A program made the translations under genes and the position numbers. 64,000 nucleotides of DNA from Zygnema circumcarinatum SAG 698-1b (lineage: Eukaryota; Plantae; Zygnematophyceae). Of this stretch, positions 11,394 to 23,403 are shown piece after piece (the stretch's first letter is position 1; each line of letters starts with the position of its first letter). The DNA lies in the NCBI GenBank assembly GCA_037447605.1, contig CM074814.1:2418001-2482000 (forward strand). The letters run 5' to 3'. The notes below the pieces were generated by a model, which was not told the DNA's origin, searched no databases, and saw nothing but the letters and a program-made list of their open reading frames with translations.

Positions 11394-12408
11394 TTGATGA
11401 CATCTAGCTTTAATTGTCAATATATAAACTAAATTTAACATGTTTGAACCTATACCTTTCCGCAGCCCAAAGGGAGTAGCAGCTCCCTTCGTGACTTCGA
11501 GACTTTCCTCAAGAGGATGCGCTTGCAGCTCCGTCCGTCCCATATGTGAAGTGGAAGACAGGCAGCGTGTGAGGTTATAAGGGTCCTGGTTTTGTACCTT
11601 TGGAAACCTTTGCTATCTCATGAAATAAGTACACCGTCTCTATGTCGCCGGTTTACAAAGGTCGATTGCTCAAGAACAGAGGGTACGGAGGAGCTCCCAT
11701 GGCAAGAGCAGCAGGAGGATGACTGGTACAGTGGGTGAGGTTCCATGCCTCACGGTTAACAGTAGTGTGCTTGCCTTCCTTGCACATAAGCACAAAGTTG
11801 GAAACAAGGGAGGAGAAACCCCTAGATGTGCAAAAATCTTCATTCGTACCCACGCGCATGCTGACTTCACCACATCATCAGAGGGCTTACAGACTCTTTC
11901 CATACATGTGCAGAAATTACAAGAGAGTAGGCCCTTGGAAAAGGAGATGAATATTCATCGTATCCAAACTAAGGAAAAGGGAAAGGGTCGGTGTTTCCTA
12001 GCCATGTTCCGTGTCTCACAAGCTGACTCCCCATCTCTCCCTACTCTATCATGCTCCTCCTCCCTCTTTCCTCCTCGAACTACTTCCCTGCTCCCAGCCC
12101 GCCATTCCCCTCCCTCACCACTCTGTCACCCTCTCCCTCTCCTCTCATCCTCCCTCCCACACTGCCCTCACCTCTCTGCCCCACTCCTCCCTCACTGTGG
12201 CAACATTGTTGAAGTCACGAGAGGAGTTCACAAAGGGAAATGCATAACATACCCATTATGGATAATTCTCTAAACCTGCTCTATATATGCTTCTCCAATG
12301 CATGTACTTAACTGACAGATAAACTAAGACAAAAATATTGCCGAATTCAATTCCCTTATTCCTTCCTTCTTCCCTTGTTCTTCTTCCTGTACACGCGTGT
12401 GGAGTGAA

Positions 12409-15400
12409 CTAAGGTTCATTCGCGGGTGCTTCTAGTGAAGGGTCATTCGAGGGTGCTTCTAGCGAAGTTTCATTCGTGGGTGCTTCTAGCGAAGTTTCAT
12501 TCGTGGGTGCTTCTAGTGAAGGTTTATTCACATCTGGGTCAAGTGCCACTGTTGCAAAGTCCCGAGTTTCGAATTTGAACTCGGATCGGGAGAAAACCAT
12601 GAAGTCAACTATCCCCTGCACACGCAACACATGCGAAGATGATGCCATATTCTGCTGCTGGGGAAAGAAAGGCGAGAGGGGGAAAGTTTTTGTAAAAACA
12701 TAGAAATACTATAACTGCGAGTTCTCTTGCCCTCCCATCTCCCCACCTCTCCCCTCTCCCCTCTTCACTCCTCCCTCTTCCCACTTCCCTCTCCCCTCTC
12801 TCGTCCTCTCTCTGCCCTCTCCCCTCGTCCCTCGTCACTTTCACCTCCCTTCTCTGCCCTCGCTCCCTCCCCCCTCCCTCCCCCCTCCCTCCCCCCCCCC
12901 TCCCCTCCTCCCCCTTGCCCCCACCCACGAACTTGATCAACCTGTGTCTTGTAGGAACGCTCAACCATTCGAACCCTACAATGAAGCTGAAAAGCCCATT
13001 CTCTATACATGACAGCGGAAATTGAGAAAAGGGGAAGCGGGGCCTGCCTTCATTATGCCATCAAAGAAGGGATCGGCATTCAGGGAGAGAGTTGATTTGA
13101 ACCACTCGCTTTCATCGCTCCAAAGGCTCTGGTAATGGTCCAGAAAAGTCACTTTGTACACCACTGCAAGTGGCGTAAAAAACTCCGGTTTTTCGTCCGA
13201 AAAGATGTAAATTGTTGACCCCGTTGTCACATTTCTTCGTTGTAAGACCTTCAATAAGCTGCTCAACAACAAGGTCAGAATAAGCGAGTTATGAGAGGAC
13301 GGGGAGGGGGGCGAGAGAGAGAGGAGAGAGAGAGAGAGAGGAGAGAGAAAATTGGCAAATAAATATTAAGGTGGGTCCACAAAGTCTAGAGCTGCAACAT
13401 GACGAAAAAAGGTGCTAGGTTTAGCAAATGGCATGGATATCACATACTTGGAAGGGCTTGTGTCAGCTTCGAGATGCTTCTCTTTTGAAAAGTGAATTTT
13501 GTTTGCCCGTTTGATGTGAATAGCCACATAGTCGTCGGGCAGCTGTTTGCTAATCTCGCGAGCAATGGCCCTCAGAGTCGGTGCATATAAGAAATATTTT
13601 GATTTGTAAAGCGCCTATAAAAGAAACTAGAATCTCAATTAGAGATTCGCACCGAGAATAACGACTTCCCGGGTCCATGAGGGCATCGGAATTAAGGTTT
13701 TGACAATTGACGGCATTAAAGGTTTTAGTTTAAGTCGCCTTTACTTCCTCCCTCCTAAGCTAGGGACCATCCCTAAATCCTCATATCCAAAATTGTTCAT
13801 TTCAAATCCCTTTCTCCTCCCTCTCTCCCTCCTCAGTATCCCCACCATTTCTTCTTCTTGATTCTTACAACCACCTCTCTCCCTCTCTCCCTGAACTCTC
13901 CCCCTCCTGAATCGTCTCCCCCATTCCCCCTTCCCCTTTTGCTCCTTCCCCCATCTCTCCCTCCTACCACTCCCCCTCCCTCCCCTTCCCCTCCCCCCTT
14001 CCCCCTCCCACCCTCCCAAAACCCTCCCTCCCCTTCCCCCCTCCCCCCCCCCAACTCCCTTCCCTCCCAGAACCCTCCCTCCCTCTCCCTCCCTCCCTCC
14101 CTCCCCTTCCTCCCAGAACCCTCCCTCCCCTCCTCCCCCTCTCCCTCCCTCCCTCCCTTCCCCTCCCGCCCTCCCAGAACCCACCCTCCCCTTCCCCCCT
14201 CTCCCACCACTCTCCCTTCCCTCCCAGAACCCTCCCTCCCTTCCCCCTCTCCCCCATCCCCTCCCAGAACCCTCCCTCCCTCTCTCCCTCCTCAGTATCC
14301 CCACCATTTCTTCTTCTTGATTCTTACAACCACCTCTCTCCCTCTCTCCCTGAACTCTCCCCCTCCTGAATCGTCTCCCCCATTCCCCCTTCCCCTTTTG
14401 CTCCTTCCCCCATCTCTCCCTCCTACCACTCCCCCTCCCTCCCCTTCCCCTCCCCCCTTCCCCCTCCCACCCTCCCAAAACCCTCCCTCCCCTTCCCCCC
14501 TCCCCCCCCCCAACTCCCTTCCCTCCCAGAACTCTCCCTTTCCCCCCAACTCCCTTCCCTCCCAGAACCCTCCATCCCTCCCCTGTCCCTCCTGCCCTCC
14601 CAGAACCCACCCTCCCCTTCCCCCTCTCCCACCACTCTCCCTTCCCTCCCAGAACCCTCCCTCCCCCCCCTCTCCCTCCCCTCCCAGAACCCTCCCTCCC
14701 CCCCCTCTCCCTCCTCCCTTCCCTCCCAGAACCCTCATCCCCCTCCCCCCTTCCCCCTCCCGCCCTCCCAGAACCCTCCCTCCCCTTCTTCCTTCCCCCC
14801 CACCCCCTTCCCTCCCAGAACCCTCCCTCCCCTTCCCCCCTCTCCCCCCCCATCCCCTCCCAGAACCCTCCCTCCCCCCCCTCTCCCTCCTCCCTTCCCT
14901 CCCAGAACCCTCCCTCCCTCCCCTCTCCCCCCTCCCCATCCCTCCCAGAACCCTCCCTCCCCCCCCTCTTCCTCCTCCCCCCCACCCCCTTCCCTCCCAG
15001 AACCCTCCCTCCCTCCCCTCCCTCCCTCCCCCTCTCCCTCCCTCCCTCCTCCTCCTCTCCGCCCACCTTCCTGGTCTTGCAGTCGTTGGCCGCGTACTTG
15101 GCCATGCCCCACGAGTACTTGCGCCGCATGATGGTCGCGTTCACTTGCCGCAGTTCAGCGATGGACGCGTTCACCAAAATGGGAACGGACGCGACCGAGA
15201 TCGGCTCGTCGGGGTGCGCTTGGTCCCACAGCTGCACGCTGCGGATGAAGATCGGCCGCTCGATGACCGGCACGTGGCTGCAGGAGCACCGTCCAAACGA
15301 CATAGGGTTCAGAGGGTTCAGCGCCTCCGGAAGGATCAGCCACGGATCGCTCTTCTGCTGAACCCCCCCGAGCTCTGAACCCTCAACACCACAATCCTAA

Positions 15401-16105
15401 GCAACCTCAACCCCCAAAAACCCTAAAAACCCGTCATTGCGAACGCACGCACTTGCGGAGATACGCGATGTCGAGGTACTGCTCGAGCCTGGTGACCTGC
15501 GGCATTCCCCCATTGTACTCTGCCGGCACGTGCCACTCAATGTCGAGCACGAGGATGCGCGAAAGCGCCTCCGCGAAGCCGATCATGCAGGCGATGGAGG
15601 CGAGGCGGTGCTGCATGTCCACCTCGAAGTCGGCCCGAAAGCGAGGGTACTGCAGGTACCGCAGATCGGGGTCGAACCGGAGCGTGCCGGGCCAGGAAGG
15701 CCATGGCGGGTCCGAGAAGGTGGGGTTCAGGCCGCCCACGGAGTGGGAGGAGGAGGGTTCAGGGCTGTCGGAGTCGGAGGCAGGAGGGACGGTGGGGGAG
15801 AGGAGCTTGGAGCCGATGTCGTGGTTGGGGTTCAAAAAGGGTTCAGGGCTCGTCGGATTAGGATCAGGTTCCGAGATAGGGTCCGAGTTAGGGTTAGGGT
15901 TAGGGTTAGGGTTAGGGTTAGGGTTAGGGTTAGGGTTCAGGTCGAGAGCGGGGTCTAAGGGAGGTGCGGGGACGGCGGTAGGGTTCAGGGCCGTAGTCGG
16001 GTCAGGGCTCGCGTCGGAGTTAGGGTTCAGGTCGGAGTAGGCGCTGGCGGCCATGGCCATGGCCATGGCCAGGGCGAGGGCGAGGAGCGAGCCGCGGGGA
16101 GCCAT
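12409..16105 (-). CDS. SUB1-like (At4g08810/At2g04280 family) O-fucosyltransferase-fold glycosyltransferase, paralog A
   Basis: Exons 16105-15458 (hydrophobic N-terminus, NP-repeat stem, TLRFDPDLRYLQYPR...FAEALSRILVLD), 15277-15067, 13614-13448 (DYVAIHIKRANK...HLEADTSPS), 13258-13048 (TIYIFSDEKPEFF...LWSDESEW...FFDGIMK; GC donor) and 12615-12409 (GIVDFMVFSR). Matches recalled family motifs DYDAVHIxRGEK, LEADTSP, LYIATNE, LWDESSEW. Confidence 0.85.
12424..12530 (-). repeat. 27-bp coding tandem repeat (SLEAPTNET-like, 4-5 copies) at the C-terminus of paralog A
   Basis: gggtgcttctag(t/c)gaag...ttcattcg(t/a) repeated; translates as SLEAPTNETSLEAPTNETSLEAPSNDPSLEAPANEP*. Confidence 0.9.
13831..15010. 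repeat. Intronic segmental duplication (period 459 bp) plus CCCTCCCAGAACCC minisatellite in paralog A intron 2
   Basis: cctcagtatccccaccatttcttcttcttgattcttacaacc... occurs at 13831 and 14290; many ccctcccagaaccctccc units continue to ~15005. Confidence 0.85.
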
Positions 16106-17509
16106 GGGAGTCGCGAGCAGCGCGCGGGCACTGGCGGGCTTTCTAGCGCTAGCACGGCCAATCGCAGGTCGCCACGTGTATAGTTTGTCCACATGGCAGT
16201 ATTTCATTGGGTGGACCTACACATAGCGAAAAATGATAGGTGGGTTGACCTGAAGATCTGGCCCTTGTTTCGAGGTCCGAGGCAGAAGGCGATGTCGGTG
16301 CTCTTTGGACTGACGTGGCGGCCGGTGAATAGTCGGGTGACACGTGGTGCAGGACACTGGGTCGGCTTACGGTACGTACGGAAATAACGTACGAACGGGC
16401 AGTGATTGGAATGACACGATTGTAGGATTTCTTTTTGACACATGTGATGAAGACACGGGATTGGATGCAGTTTTGCAGAGAAAACATTTTTGGGGTTTCG
16501 ATGATAACAGAAAACAATTGTTGGACACGTGCACCACGCCTTCGCGACAAGACGGAATTTCGTAGGGTTTAAGGTCGCAGAATCCCTCCAAACATAGAAA
16601 TTAGTACTTTTCTGAGAAGGATATTCCGAACATATGCATTTGGGATTTTCATTCTAAAACCCCTCCTGCAAGATCTTTTGTCGGTTAGGTGAGTTGTGGC
16701 CGTACAACTGGGACATGAGGCCTTCCGTACATGAGCTCCGCGAACCAGCAGTCTCCATCTGTCCAAACAGACTGGCAGTCCGAATCTCCGTACCGTTCTG
16801 GCTTGTTCGCCGACAAGGCCGAGGGAGCGATTGGCCGGATTGTCCTTTGCGACAAGGTTCGGAATATCGCCATATCTCTATTGTATCGCCAGCGGCTGGC
16901 GATATCTGCTCCTTTTTAGACGGCTCGCCCTGTTATATCGCCGGCGGCGACGCCGGCCGGTTCCGAAATTCGCAGTCCGCCGGCGAAAGTTTTCGCCGGT
17001 CGCGACATGTATGGAACAGCTGTACATGTACGGACGAAGTGTGTACGAATGATACGGACTTGTACAAATGGTTTGTACGGACTACGTGTACGGAGGAGAT
17101 GCTATGGGTGACGCTTGTAGATGTTGTTGGCCTTTGAAAATTGAAAATTGAACATGGAAGTAAAACATTGTTGCACAAGAACAAAAAAATTAGGGATTCG
17201 CTTCAGAGGGGAGGATGGAATTTTTTTACATTTACTTGGACATAAACACAAAACGTTGTATGGCACACACTTCCAAAACCGCTTTCTATGTTTTTGGTAC
17301 AAACGACGCTCCTACAGACATGTGGCCTCACCCCTAAACCCTAAAGCTCTAGAACCCTAAACCCTAAAGCTTTATCACACATCCGAAGCGAACCCTCCCT
17401 CTCTCACCCATCCTAATTTACCATGCAAAAAAATCATATTACAAACACGGGCCTCCCCTCACCGCTCCCTCAAACCCTGAAAACCCTAAAAACCCTAAAC
17501 TCAAGGAGT

Positions 17510-19409
17510 TTAGGGTTTAGGGTTCAGAATCCCCTTCCCCTCGAGCACATGCACCTCCGGCCTCTCAACCCTAATCGGAGCACTCCCAAAATTTTCAACC
17601 GCCTCTTTCAAATCTGCCCCCACCCCCTCTCCCTCTCCCTCTCCCTCTCCCTCTCCCTCTCCCTCTCCCTCTCCCAAATATGCCCTCAAAAATGCCACCG
17701 TCACGCCCCCCGCGTACCGTCTCATGCCCTCTCTCTTGGGCCCACTTTTGCCCACAAAATAAGTGGCCGATCCGCGCACCCCCCTCGTGCAATCATCGAG
17801 CACGTCTATGTGCCCGTAGTCGGCCCCCACAAAATGAAAGGCCGGCGGCCCGCAATCGGAAAAAAAGTTTGCATGGCCGACGGCTTTTGGCGCGCAGGGC
17901 GGGAAAAAAGGCGCTACTGGCACACCCGAGAGGCCGCAGCCTATGACGAGTGTGGGGTGCGGGAAGCGGAGGGAGTGCTTTTGGTATGTGAGAATTGGGG
18001 GGGGGGTCTGCTCATGGTCTTTCATACCATCGACGGGATCTATCCCAATAAGGGCCGAAATATACAGAGGAGGATGTGAAGAAGAAGTTGAATTATTTGA
18101 AGAATGTGAAGGATGTGAAGATTTTAGTTTTAAGGCGGCCCCAAAAGCGACTTTTCCGCCGCGGCTGTGTCCTGCAATGGCTACTTTTGAGAGGTTGGGA
18201 GAGGCAGGAGTGGTGGGACGGAGGGTGGGGAGGAGGTGAAGGAGGGACCACTCAAGGACCTGAATAGAGTCGTCGATTTCGGAAGAGGCGTCAGGGTTGA
18301 ATGTGAAGGTGTACATCTGTGGACAAAAGATGTGCAAAAGTATTAGAATTGAGATTAAGAATTGGGAGAATTTGAGTATTGAGGATAAGTAGTTTAGGGT
18401 TATGTGCGAGGAGAATCCCAAGGCATTTCTTGAGGTCGATGATTATGAGCTTTTAGGGTTTGATGGTTTTCAGGATAGAGACGGTTCAGGAACATCTAGG
18501 GTTTAGGGTTTAGGGTTTAGGGTTTGTAAGGGCTGGCTTTTCAAAAAAAAAAAAAGCTCCTGTTATAAGGAGAGAACCCTAACTCTTAAGTAATTCACAA
18601 ATGCCAAAAAGATGAAGGCCTCGAGGAAGGGAAACCCTAACGCTCTGACCAATAAGAACCCTTTCAGCCTTCCTTCCATCGTGCTTTCCAAATTCTGATG
18701 AGTTGCTGATGACACATACAGATCATATGAAATGATTTCAACAAAAAGAAACAAAGAAGGCAATGTTGCAGCTGCATGAGAAGAAAAAGGAGGCAAATTC
18801 CTTCCCCAGAAATACATATCTCACTTGCGGCGCCACCACTATGAAGCCATGCGAAGCGATGTGACTGATAAGTTGAGCATAGAACTCGTTGATCAAACTG
18901 AATCCGTGCTGGAACTGAACAACAGGGAACGTGCCACCTGTCGTCGGCGCAGCGATCAAAACCGGCTTAGGGGGAAGGATGGGAGGAACCTCCGCCTCTG
19001 CAGGAAGTCCATTTTTCTGCAATTTCTTTGCTACATAAGTCAGTTGATATTAGGTTTCAAGAAAGGAAGTTCTGTAAAGGAAGGTTTAGGCAAATTGCTT
19101 TCTTGTCCTCCCCCTTCCTATCCCTCCCCCGCCCCACTCCCACTTCGTCACCCTCCTTTCTCTCTTCCCTCCCCCCCCCCTCTGCCTTCCACTACCCTCC
19201 CTCTCCCTCCCCCTCGTACTCTCTCTCCCCCTCCCCCCACCCCCACCCGCCCTCCCCCTCCCACTTCCTCCCCACCCCTCTCCCTTCCTCCCAAGATTAG
19301 GGTTTCTTGCCTTCCTCCCCCTCCTCTGCTGCGCTTGCACGCGGATGAGCGCGACAGAGAACGGCCCGTCGCCATAGACTCGGCCCCCTGCACGCTCCGC
19401 CTCCGCCAT
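17510..19409 (-). CDS. CLH: Chlorophyllase (alpha/beta hydrolase)
   Basis: Exons 19409-~19311 (RVYGDGPFSV; GC donor AAG|GCAAG), 19016-18825 (PPKPVLIAAPTTGGTFPVVQFQHGF...HIASHGFIVVAPQ) and 18316-17510 (GHSRGG Ser motif, IDPVDG Asp, PCAP, YGHIDVLDD His). Confidence 0.95.
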
Positions 19410-19740
19410 GGCTGCGGGGGAGCGGAGGAGACGCGCTAGAATGAACGCTTACAGGGGCGGCTCCGCTGTAGCGGGAGGCTCTCACTCTCTCTGCTCTCCC
19501 CCTGCCGCGGTTGGAATGGAGAGAGGGAGGGGAGGGGGGTGGGAGGGAGGGGGAGAGGGAGGACGAGAGGTAGAGTGAGTTGGGAGTCGTGGGAGAAGAA
19601 CAGTTAAAGAGTTACATCTTGTGAGAGGGTAAGAGAACGAGCTGGAGGAGAGAGGGCGGAGAGGGAAAGACGGGAATGGAGCGGAGCACCTCACGAGAGT
19701 ACCCGGCTTCATAATAATAATCAGACAAATAGAGAAGCGA

Positions 19741-19848
19741 TGGGGCATTGATCTCACGATGGCGATGATGCCATCAAATGTCCATGCACAACATCATCAT
19801 GCGGAACCACGAGGAACTGATAACAAAGGACCTAAGGACAAAAGAAAA
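19741..19848 (+). repeat. Dispersed hairpin repeat family, copy 1
   Basis: ggcattgatctcacgatggcgatgatgccatcaaatgtccatgcacaacatcatcatgcggaaccacgaggaactgataacaaaggacctaaggacaaaagaaaa. Confidence 0.85.
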
Positions 19849-20753
19849 TTCAGACAAATTCTTTATTTCCTTCTTCATAGAGCATCAAGGAAGGGTGCTG
19901 TTAAGGCTGTACGTTTTGGCCTTGTAGGCTTTTGCTTCGTCATTTTTTTTCATACACGTTACAGTGGCAGGGCCGAGCTCCCGCAGTCCTCAAGTTTTGA
20001 TAGCCCTGAAACTTCTGAACACTAGTTTTCTCAGAGCCAAACGGACACGCAAAAGTGAGGAAGTGCGAGCCAGCGAAAATACGAACGACGTTAAATATTT
20101 CTTTCTTCACCAAACTGAGTTCTTCCTCCTCTCTTCTCGAATCAGCTTCGTTCAGCCTCCCTCTTCCCGCCTCCCTTCCCACTCCTCCCCCACACGCCCT
20201 CTTGCATTCGCTCCCGCCGCTATCTCCCTCTCTCTCTCCCTGCCTCTCTCCTTGCACTCTCTCACCACCTCCCTCCTCGCGGTCTCTCTTTGCCTCTCAC
20301 TTCTTGCGGTCTCTGCCACTCTCCATCCACTCTCTACCCAACTCTCCACTCGCTCTCTCTCCGCTCTCCTCTCCTAGCTCTCTCGTTGCCTCTCTCTCAT
20401 TGCTCTCTCCCCCTGCCTCTCTCCCCCAAACGGTGATCCACAAGCCATTCACAAATTCAAATCAAATTACCGCCACGAATAACAGCCACCTCCCATCCCC
20501 CAAACAAGAATGGACGCTCAACAAACTCACGGAGCAAGTCTTGTCCTTTTAACTACAGTAGTTTCCAGCAAATCGAAAAAAACTTGTGCACAACTTTTAC
20601 CAGGAATCCTCCCTACTGCGTTCTTTGTCTTTCGTCAATTTTAAAAAGCAAAAATGAAAAAACAAGGAAACGGCTCCTTCCATTTCTATTCCACAGGCTC
20701 TCCCATTGAGTCGAAATTTAGGTCTTGCTTCCGCCTTTGAGTCAAAGGGCCCG

Positions 20754-23403
20754 TCAAAGCCGGAAGGGAAGAACAAAGGAGCTGCTTTTTCCGGGTTTCG
20801 TGCCTGCAAGAAACCACAGAGATAAAAAAAATGAAAAATAAAAAGAAACCAACTAAAAAACACACAAACAAATTTAGGGTCGCAAAATGTTATCTTAAAC
20901 CCTTATTCTTTGGCTTTTGTTTCTTCTGCTTCTGCTTATTCTTATGCTGCTCTTGCCCTTCCTACTACTTCTTTTCCTTTTGCTTCCTTCTGTTTTTGCT
21001 TATTCTTCCACTGCTTTTGTTTCTACTTTTCTCTTCTTCCACCTTCGTTTGCCTCCCCCTCCCCCCCTCCCTCCTCCCCCCTCCGCCTCCCCCACCCCCT
21101 CCCTCCTCCCCCGTCCCCCCTCCCTCTCTCTCTCTCTTTCTCTCGCTCTCCCCCTCCCTCTCCCCCCCTCTCCCTCCCTCTCTCCCTCCCTCCCTCCCCA
21201 AAGCGGCGGTGGGCTGTGTGCGCACACTCGTCCTTGCATCGCTGTGCGCACAACCGCTGCACTTTCGCGCGGTCGCTGCGGTCGAGCGAGTACCCGGAGG
21301 CCCCTCGTACGGCCGCCACGTGGCGCTCCACGGCGGCGTCACACGCGCGGTCGCAGNNNNNNNNNNGAGGAGGGGGGGAAAGGGAGAGGGAAGGAGGAGG
21401 GAGGAGGGGGGGAGGGAGGGAGGAGGGAGGGAGGAGGGAGGAGGGGGGGCGAGGGAGAGGGAGAGGGAGGGAGGAGGGAGGAGGGGGGGAAAGGGAGAGG
21501 GAGGGAGGAGGGAGGAGGGGGGGAGAGGGAGAGAGAGAGGAGGAAAAGAAGAGGGAGGGTGGGGGGAGAGAGAGTGGAGCAGAGGGAGGGTCAGGGAGAG
21601 ACAGAGGAGGGAAAGGAGAGGGAGACGGATGGAGAGAGGAGAGGGAGATAGCAATAGAAAGGGAGCGGGGGGAGGGGAAACAGAGGGAGAGGGAGAGGAA
21701 GAGGCAGAGGGAAAAAGCGAGGGAGAGGGGGAGAGGGGTCAAGGGAGAACAGAGAGGAAGGAACACTTCACTCCCGCCATCTCCTCTTTCTCTCCCTCTC
21801 TCTCCCCTTCCCCCCCTCTCTCTAAGTGCACCACCCCCTTCGGGCCCTGCTCCGTTAAATCAACTCTTTTCAGCCGTTTTGTGCTCTGACATTGCATCCG
21901 TTAGTCTTGCGTGGCGTCCAATGTGAGCGCCACGTCACTAACTGATTCCGTTATTTTCAACTGCTTCCGGTTGGCCAGTCGCCAATTGGATGTGGCCACA
22001 TAGGCATGACCCCTACAGTTTTGCAGTACCGCTTCAAAATCCCTCTGAGTATAGTGGCGGCTCAAAATAATGATTGAGAAAAATTTTAGACATGGGTCTG
22101 TAACCTTCAAGAGAAGGGCAGAATCCTACGAACCTTCATGCCTGTTGGAACGCTCTGCAGTTGCGGAGTCTCCTTGCTCTCCTCCAACACGTTCACACTG
22201 AAAGAGGCAGCCAGGAGAGCATTCATCCATACATCATTTTTTAAGTTTGAAAAAGTCCACAGGTAAAATATGCTACGAACACTTGTTTCAGGGAAAGAAA
22301 AATGCAAATGTGTAAATGTTAAAAATGCGTAACAGGCAAAGAATCTTCAGTACAGGGAGAGGAAGAAGGAGAGGGCGAGGGAGAGGAGAGGGAGTGGGAG
22401 AGGGGGAAGGAGAGAGCTGCATACCACGCTGTCGCAGTGAAGCCCTTTCTCCGACCAACAATCTTCCCATCCACAATATCTTCAATGAGATACTTTTTGC
22501 TGCGCCCTCCCTCCACAACAGCATTGCATCCTCAGTTCACACTCCCTGTTCCTCAAAAAAGAAACTAAAGCATACAATGCATGCAAAACAAAGCAAATAA
22601 ATTTATCAAATTTAAAAGACATCAACGAGAAATAAACTTTTTTGCACGGCATATTAAACAGTTTGTTCGCCAATGCTTCAAAATAACAGCATTAAAGCAG
22701 CTATTACCCATGATTTCAACAAATTCCTATGTGCGTATTATTCTCTGGTGGTGCATGGTCAAGAAAGTCAAGGAAGTCAAGAAAGTCAAGGAAGCACTTT
22801 TTCGGAATTTTACATTTTTCAAGTACTAATTTTATTCAACAATTGTTCAAGCGTAAGCTCCACCAAAACTAATCTATTGTTTCTTGCTTAGCGTTTCTGA
22901 AATTTCAAGTCCAGAGTTTCAACCTTTATCCTTATTTTTTTCAACTAATAATTGCAAAGGGGGCCCCGTGAGAGCACCTACAAAACCGATCCGTACACCG
23001 TGAAGGGCTCGATGGGGTCCTTCTCCGCCTTTTCCCCGAACAAAGAAAAGCCGTTTGCAGTTTCCGGAACGGCGTTCCATGCCGCAAATGCCACAACCAA
23101 CGCTATCAAATTCCTGCAAGCTGCCCTCCGATAAATAGGCACATTTTTTTCATTTTTTCCATCAGAACAATCCCCGCAATGGCTCACATCTCCAGCAGCA
23201 GCTCTGCCTCCACCTGCTAACTCTCCTGCAGTTCCATGCTCTCCGTTCCGTCGTAGATTCAACATATTCAACTGATTTTCTCCTGCTTCAATTCTGGAGA
23301 CAGCAGCAGCTCTTAAGGCTTCGCCCTCCTGCGCGAGTTTCCAAGTACTGCGTTGCCCCAACTCTCCACTTTGCAGTGCAACTGTAACGGCGCGGGCCTT
23401 CAT
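20754..23403 (-). CDS. Uncharacterised Cys-rich chloroplast protein, probable thylakoid-lumen (Tat-type) precursor
   Basis: Exon 1 ends RRAACRNLIALVVAFAAWNAVPETANG/FSLFGEKAEKDPIEPFTVYGSVF (TT|GTAGGT). Exon ~22498-22415 KKYLIEDIVDGKIVGRRKGFTATAC; exon ~22197-22133 VNVLEESKETPQLQSVPTGMK; exon ending 21226 CDRACDAAVERHVAAVRGASGYSLDRSDRAKVQRLCAQRCKDEC (5' end lost in the N gap at 21357); last exon 20803-20754 TKPGKSSSFVLPFRL*. Start codon ambiguous (23403, 23496, or 23449 with splicing). Confidence 0.75.

Noticed and set aside
7858-12530. CRISPR-like arrays (126-bp and 27-bp periodic repeats)
   Set aside because: Head-to-tail tandem repeats without unique spacers, in a eukaryotic intron and CDS; no cas genes.
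13741-15378. 500-aa Gly/Arg/Glu-rich and Pro/Ser-rich (extensin-like) ORFs on both strands
   Set aside because: They are translations of the purine/pyrimidine minisatellite intron of gene A; only 15277-15067 is a real exon.
15890-18530. Chromosome end or telomere-fusion scar
   Set aside because: Arrays are only 3-8 units, scattered in both orientations and embedded in intact genes.
19741-19848. Hairpin repeat as a Helitron 3' end, tRNA-derived SINE or C/D snoRNA
   Set aside because: No CTRR terminus after the hairpin, no convincing A/B boxes or A-tail, and the CTGA (D box) is present in only one copy. Left unclassified.
20831-21926. Long plus-strand ORFs (352 aa, 338 aa)
   Set aside because: Antisense to a minus-strand exon plus CT/GA intronic repeats and an N gap; no domain content.
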